A program made the position numbers and the translations under genes. The notes beneath the pieces were generated by a model that was given only the letters and a program-made list of their open reading frames with translations, was not told where the DNA came from and ran no database searches. From the NCBI GenBank assembly GCA_013415695.1, contig JAAEEP010000006.1, positions 21,318-85,317 of the forward strand: DNA of 64,000 nucleotides, read 5' to 3'. The DNA comes from Methanomassiliicoccales archaeon (GTDB taxonomy: Archaea > Thermoplasmatota > Thermoplasmata > Methanomassiliicoccales > JAAEEP01). Positions 62,133-64,000 of the stretch are shown here, piece after piece (the first letter of the stretch is position 1; each line of letters opens with the position of its first letter).

Positions 62133-64000
62133 GAGGCTGGATCCTAGATTGCCACCCGGACTACGGGCTCAACTCCATGGTGATGTGGGTCAGGACCGCC
62201 GAGAGAGCGGAGCGCCTGGTCCATGATTATCGACCTGATATCTACGTCTGGGCACCAGCGGTGGAGATGCAATCCCTGCCCAGGAGGCTGGAGATGATCG
62301 ACTTCCCGGACACCTCGATCGAGAGGAAGCGATTGTGGCTGGGCGAGCGCGAGAGGGAGGCGTTGAGGGTGGGAATCCCCCGATACTCGGACATCCAGAA
62401 CCTGGCGCGGACGATCGACAGCTGGGGCCATCATGACCGCTACCGTCTGTTCAACGTGGACCTCCGCCTGGAGCAGCGCTTCCTCCTGGAGAGGGGACTG
62501 TTCCCCCTGGCCCTCACCGACATGAACAACTTGCGGGCACTTGACTCCCCGTGGAGACATGACTACCCCCTCCCACAGTTCAGGGAGGCCATTCTAGACA
62601 TCGCGGTCAGGGCGGAGAACGGCATCCCCACCTTCGACGATCGGCTGAAGAAGGTGACCGTAAACGACATTGAGCTGGACGGTCCCGAGGACCACATCCT
62701 CGAGGAACTCAACCGGGTGATAGCGGAGCTGGATCCCGACATCGTGTACACCGGACGAGGAGATGATTTCTACATGCACTACCTCGCCCGGAGGGCGGAG
62801 GAACACGGAATGGTAATGGAGCTGGGAAGGGGAGAAGGCGCCCGGATGTCAAAGGGAAAGAGCTACTTCACCTACGGTCGCATACTTTACAAACCACCCG
62901 CTTACAAATTACGGGGCCGAATCCACATAGACCGGGAGCAATCCTTCATGTACGTGGAGGCCGGCGGGATGTACGGCCTCATCGACCTCTCGAGGATGTC
63001 GCTCATCCCGGTGCAGGACCTCTCCCGCCTGTCACCGGGGAGCGCCATAAGCGCCATGCAGGTGAACGAGGCCCTGCGCACGGGCCACCTCATTCTGTGG
63101 AAGAAGAACATTCCCGAGGAGTTCAAGACCGCCAGGGAGCTGCTGATCTGCGACCGTGGGGGTTTCATCCACAACCCGGTGGTGGGCATTCACGACTCCG
63201 TCACCGAGTTGGACTTCTGCTCTCTGTACCCCAACATCATGGTGAGGTACAACATCTCCCCCGAGACCCTGATGTGCGACTGCTGCCCCCGATCATCCAT
63301 CAGGGTGCCCGAGATCGGGTACCACTTCTGCGAGCGGGAGAGGGGCCTGATACCTCGGGTGATCGAACCCGTGATAAGAAGAAGGATGGCTTGCAAACGC
63401 CTCGCCAGGGAGGCCCCAAGACACAACGACATCTACGCCCAGAGGGCCAAGGTGCTCAAGTGGATCCTGGTCACCTGCTTCGGCTACACCGGGTACCGCA
63501 ACGCCCGCTTCGGACGCATCGAGTGCCACGAGTCGATCACCGCCTACGGAAGGGAGATCCTATTGCGGAGTTCGGAGATCGCCGAGCGCAGGGGATTCAG
63601 GGTGCTCCACGGTATAGTGGACTCGCTGTGGCTCTCTGGCGATGGGGACTGCGAATCGTTCTGCGAGGAGATCGACAGGGAGTTCGATATACCCCTGGAG
63701 GTGGAAGGCCACTACAGTTGGATCGTGTTTCTCCCCTGCGTCACCACTGACATCGGTGCGCTCAACCGATACTACGGGCTCTTCGACGACGGAGAGCTGA
63801 AGACCCGAGGGATAGCGGTCAGGAAGAGGGACACGCCCCCGTTGATAAAGGATGTGCAGCACGAAATGCTCCACGAGCTTTCGAAGGCCTCCTGCTCCAG
63901 TGAGTTCCAAGACCGGATAGCCGGGGTGCTGGACCTCTTGTGTATCCACGCAGGAAAGCTTCTCGACGGCTCAGTACCGCTGGAGAAGCTCATCCTCACC
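62129..64000 (+). CDS. polB: Family B DNA polymerase, PolB2-like, 5' 624 codons (runs off window end)
   Basis: Manual translation stays open from ATG 62129 to 64000: MRGWILDCHPDY.. Motif A is DFCSLYPNIM (frame verified at 63179). The motif B-like segment is KWILVTCFGYTGY. Motif C reads LHGIVDSLW instead of YGDTDS (frame verified at 63599). Exo I reads LDIAV instead of FDIE, and Exo II reads GDDFYMHYL instead of NFDxxYL. Confidence 0.8.
   Translation, partial: MRGWILDCHPDYGLNSMVMWVRTAERAERLVHDYRPDIYVWAPAVEMQSLPRRLEMIDFPDTSIERKRLWLGEREREALRVGIPRYSDIQNLARTIDSWGHHDRYRLFNVDLRLEQRFLLERGLFPLALTDMNNLRALDSPWRHDYPLPQFREAILDIAVRAENGIPTFDDRLKKVTVNDIELDGPEDHILEELNRVIAELDPDIVYTGRGDDFYMHYLARRAEEHGMVMELGRGEGARMSKGKSYFTYGRILYKPPAYKLRGRIHIDREQSFMYVEAGGMYGLIDLSRMSLIPVQDLSRLSPGSAISAMQVNEALRTGHLILWKKNIPEEFKTARELLICDRGGFIHNPVVGIHDSVTELDFCSLYPNIMVRYNISPETLMCDCCPRSSIRVPEIGYHFCERERGLIPRVIEPVIRRRMACKRLAREAPRHNDIYAQRAKVLKWILVTCFGYTGYRNARFGRIECHESITAYGREILLRSSEIAERRGFRVLHGIVDSLWLSGDGDCESFCEEIDREFDIPLEVEGHYSWIVFLPCVTTDIGALNRYYGLFDDGELKTRGIAVRKRDTPPLIKDVQHEMLHELSKASCSSEFQDRIAGVLDLLCIHAGKLLDGSVPLEKLILT

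Noticed and set aside
1-64000. Selenocysteine or pyrrolysine recoding in the hdrA or other genes
   Set aside because: All hdrA paralogs read through with Cys or Tyr at the relevant motif. No in-frame TGA or TAG is needed to restore any recognisable gene.

Overview
The window looks like archaeal chromosome. Operons are tightly packed and Shine-Dalgarno-led, with many ATGA/TAATG/GTGA/TTGA start-stop overlaps. Gene content and order look euryarchaeal, possibly Thermoplasmata/Methanomassiliicoccales-like; that lineage call is inference only. I recognised no rRNA, tRNA, CRISPR array or IS/transposase. Contents in order: (1) 1-9.5 kb, minus strand: a heterodisulfide-reductase-like supercluster. It holds three hdrA paralogs (two are about 1000 aa 'double' HdrAs; one runs off the window start), two mvhD genes (one with a wHTH-like tail), an HdrC/HdrB fusion (HdrD-like) and an unrecognised tandem-duplicated 8-Cys small protein. 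(2) A membrane-anchored C4HC3 plus 4x zinc-ribbon protein, then ftsZ and RNase P Pop5. (3) 12.7-16.1 kb, plus strand: a second hdr-like pair, a short HdrA-like protein with a degenerate N-domain and an MvhD-HdrC-HdrB triple fusion. (4) The conserved archaeal proteasome/exosome superoperon: psmA, sdo1, rrp4, rrp41, rrp42, L37Ae, rpoP, pcc1, pfdB. (5) lemA-DUF2207, a QueG-like Fe-S protein, a PNPOx-MarR pair, a DHH phosphoesterase and tyrS. (6) An apparent five-gene operon, amt-glnK-orphan-flotillin-glnA, behind a roughly 400-nt structured leader. (7) CoADR/Nox plus a MoaD/SAMP-like GG protein, a RaSEA-like radical SAM gene, a MacB-type ABC pair and a ClC channel. (8) The full ribosomal-protein cluster from L3 to L15, then secY, a DUF106 insertase, cmk and cbf5. 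(9) A beta-CASP nuclease divergent from a three-gene unit: a Walker-A/B-degenerate RecA/RadB-like protein, an 80-aa helical protein, and a PolB2-like family B polymerase with degenerate exonuclease and motif C residues that runs off the window end. The candidates I rate highest for something undescribed are the Hdr supercluster with its 8-Cys subunit, the orphan protein coupled to glnK, and the RecA-like/small/PolB2-like unit. Two CDS that run off the window (1..626 and 62129..64000) and two small genes (rpoP, rps14) are absent from the ORF track and were recovered by manual translation. Several track ORFs carry spurious N-terminal extensions, which I trimmed using SD motifs and homolog N-termini.
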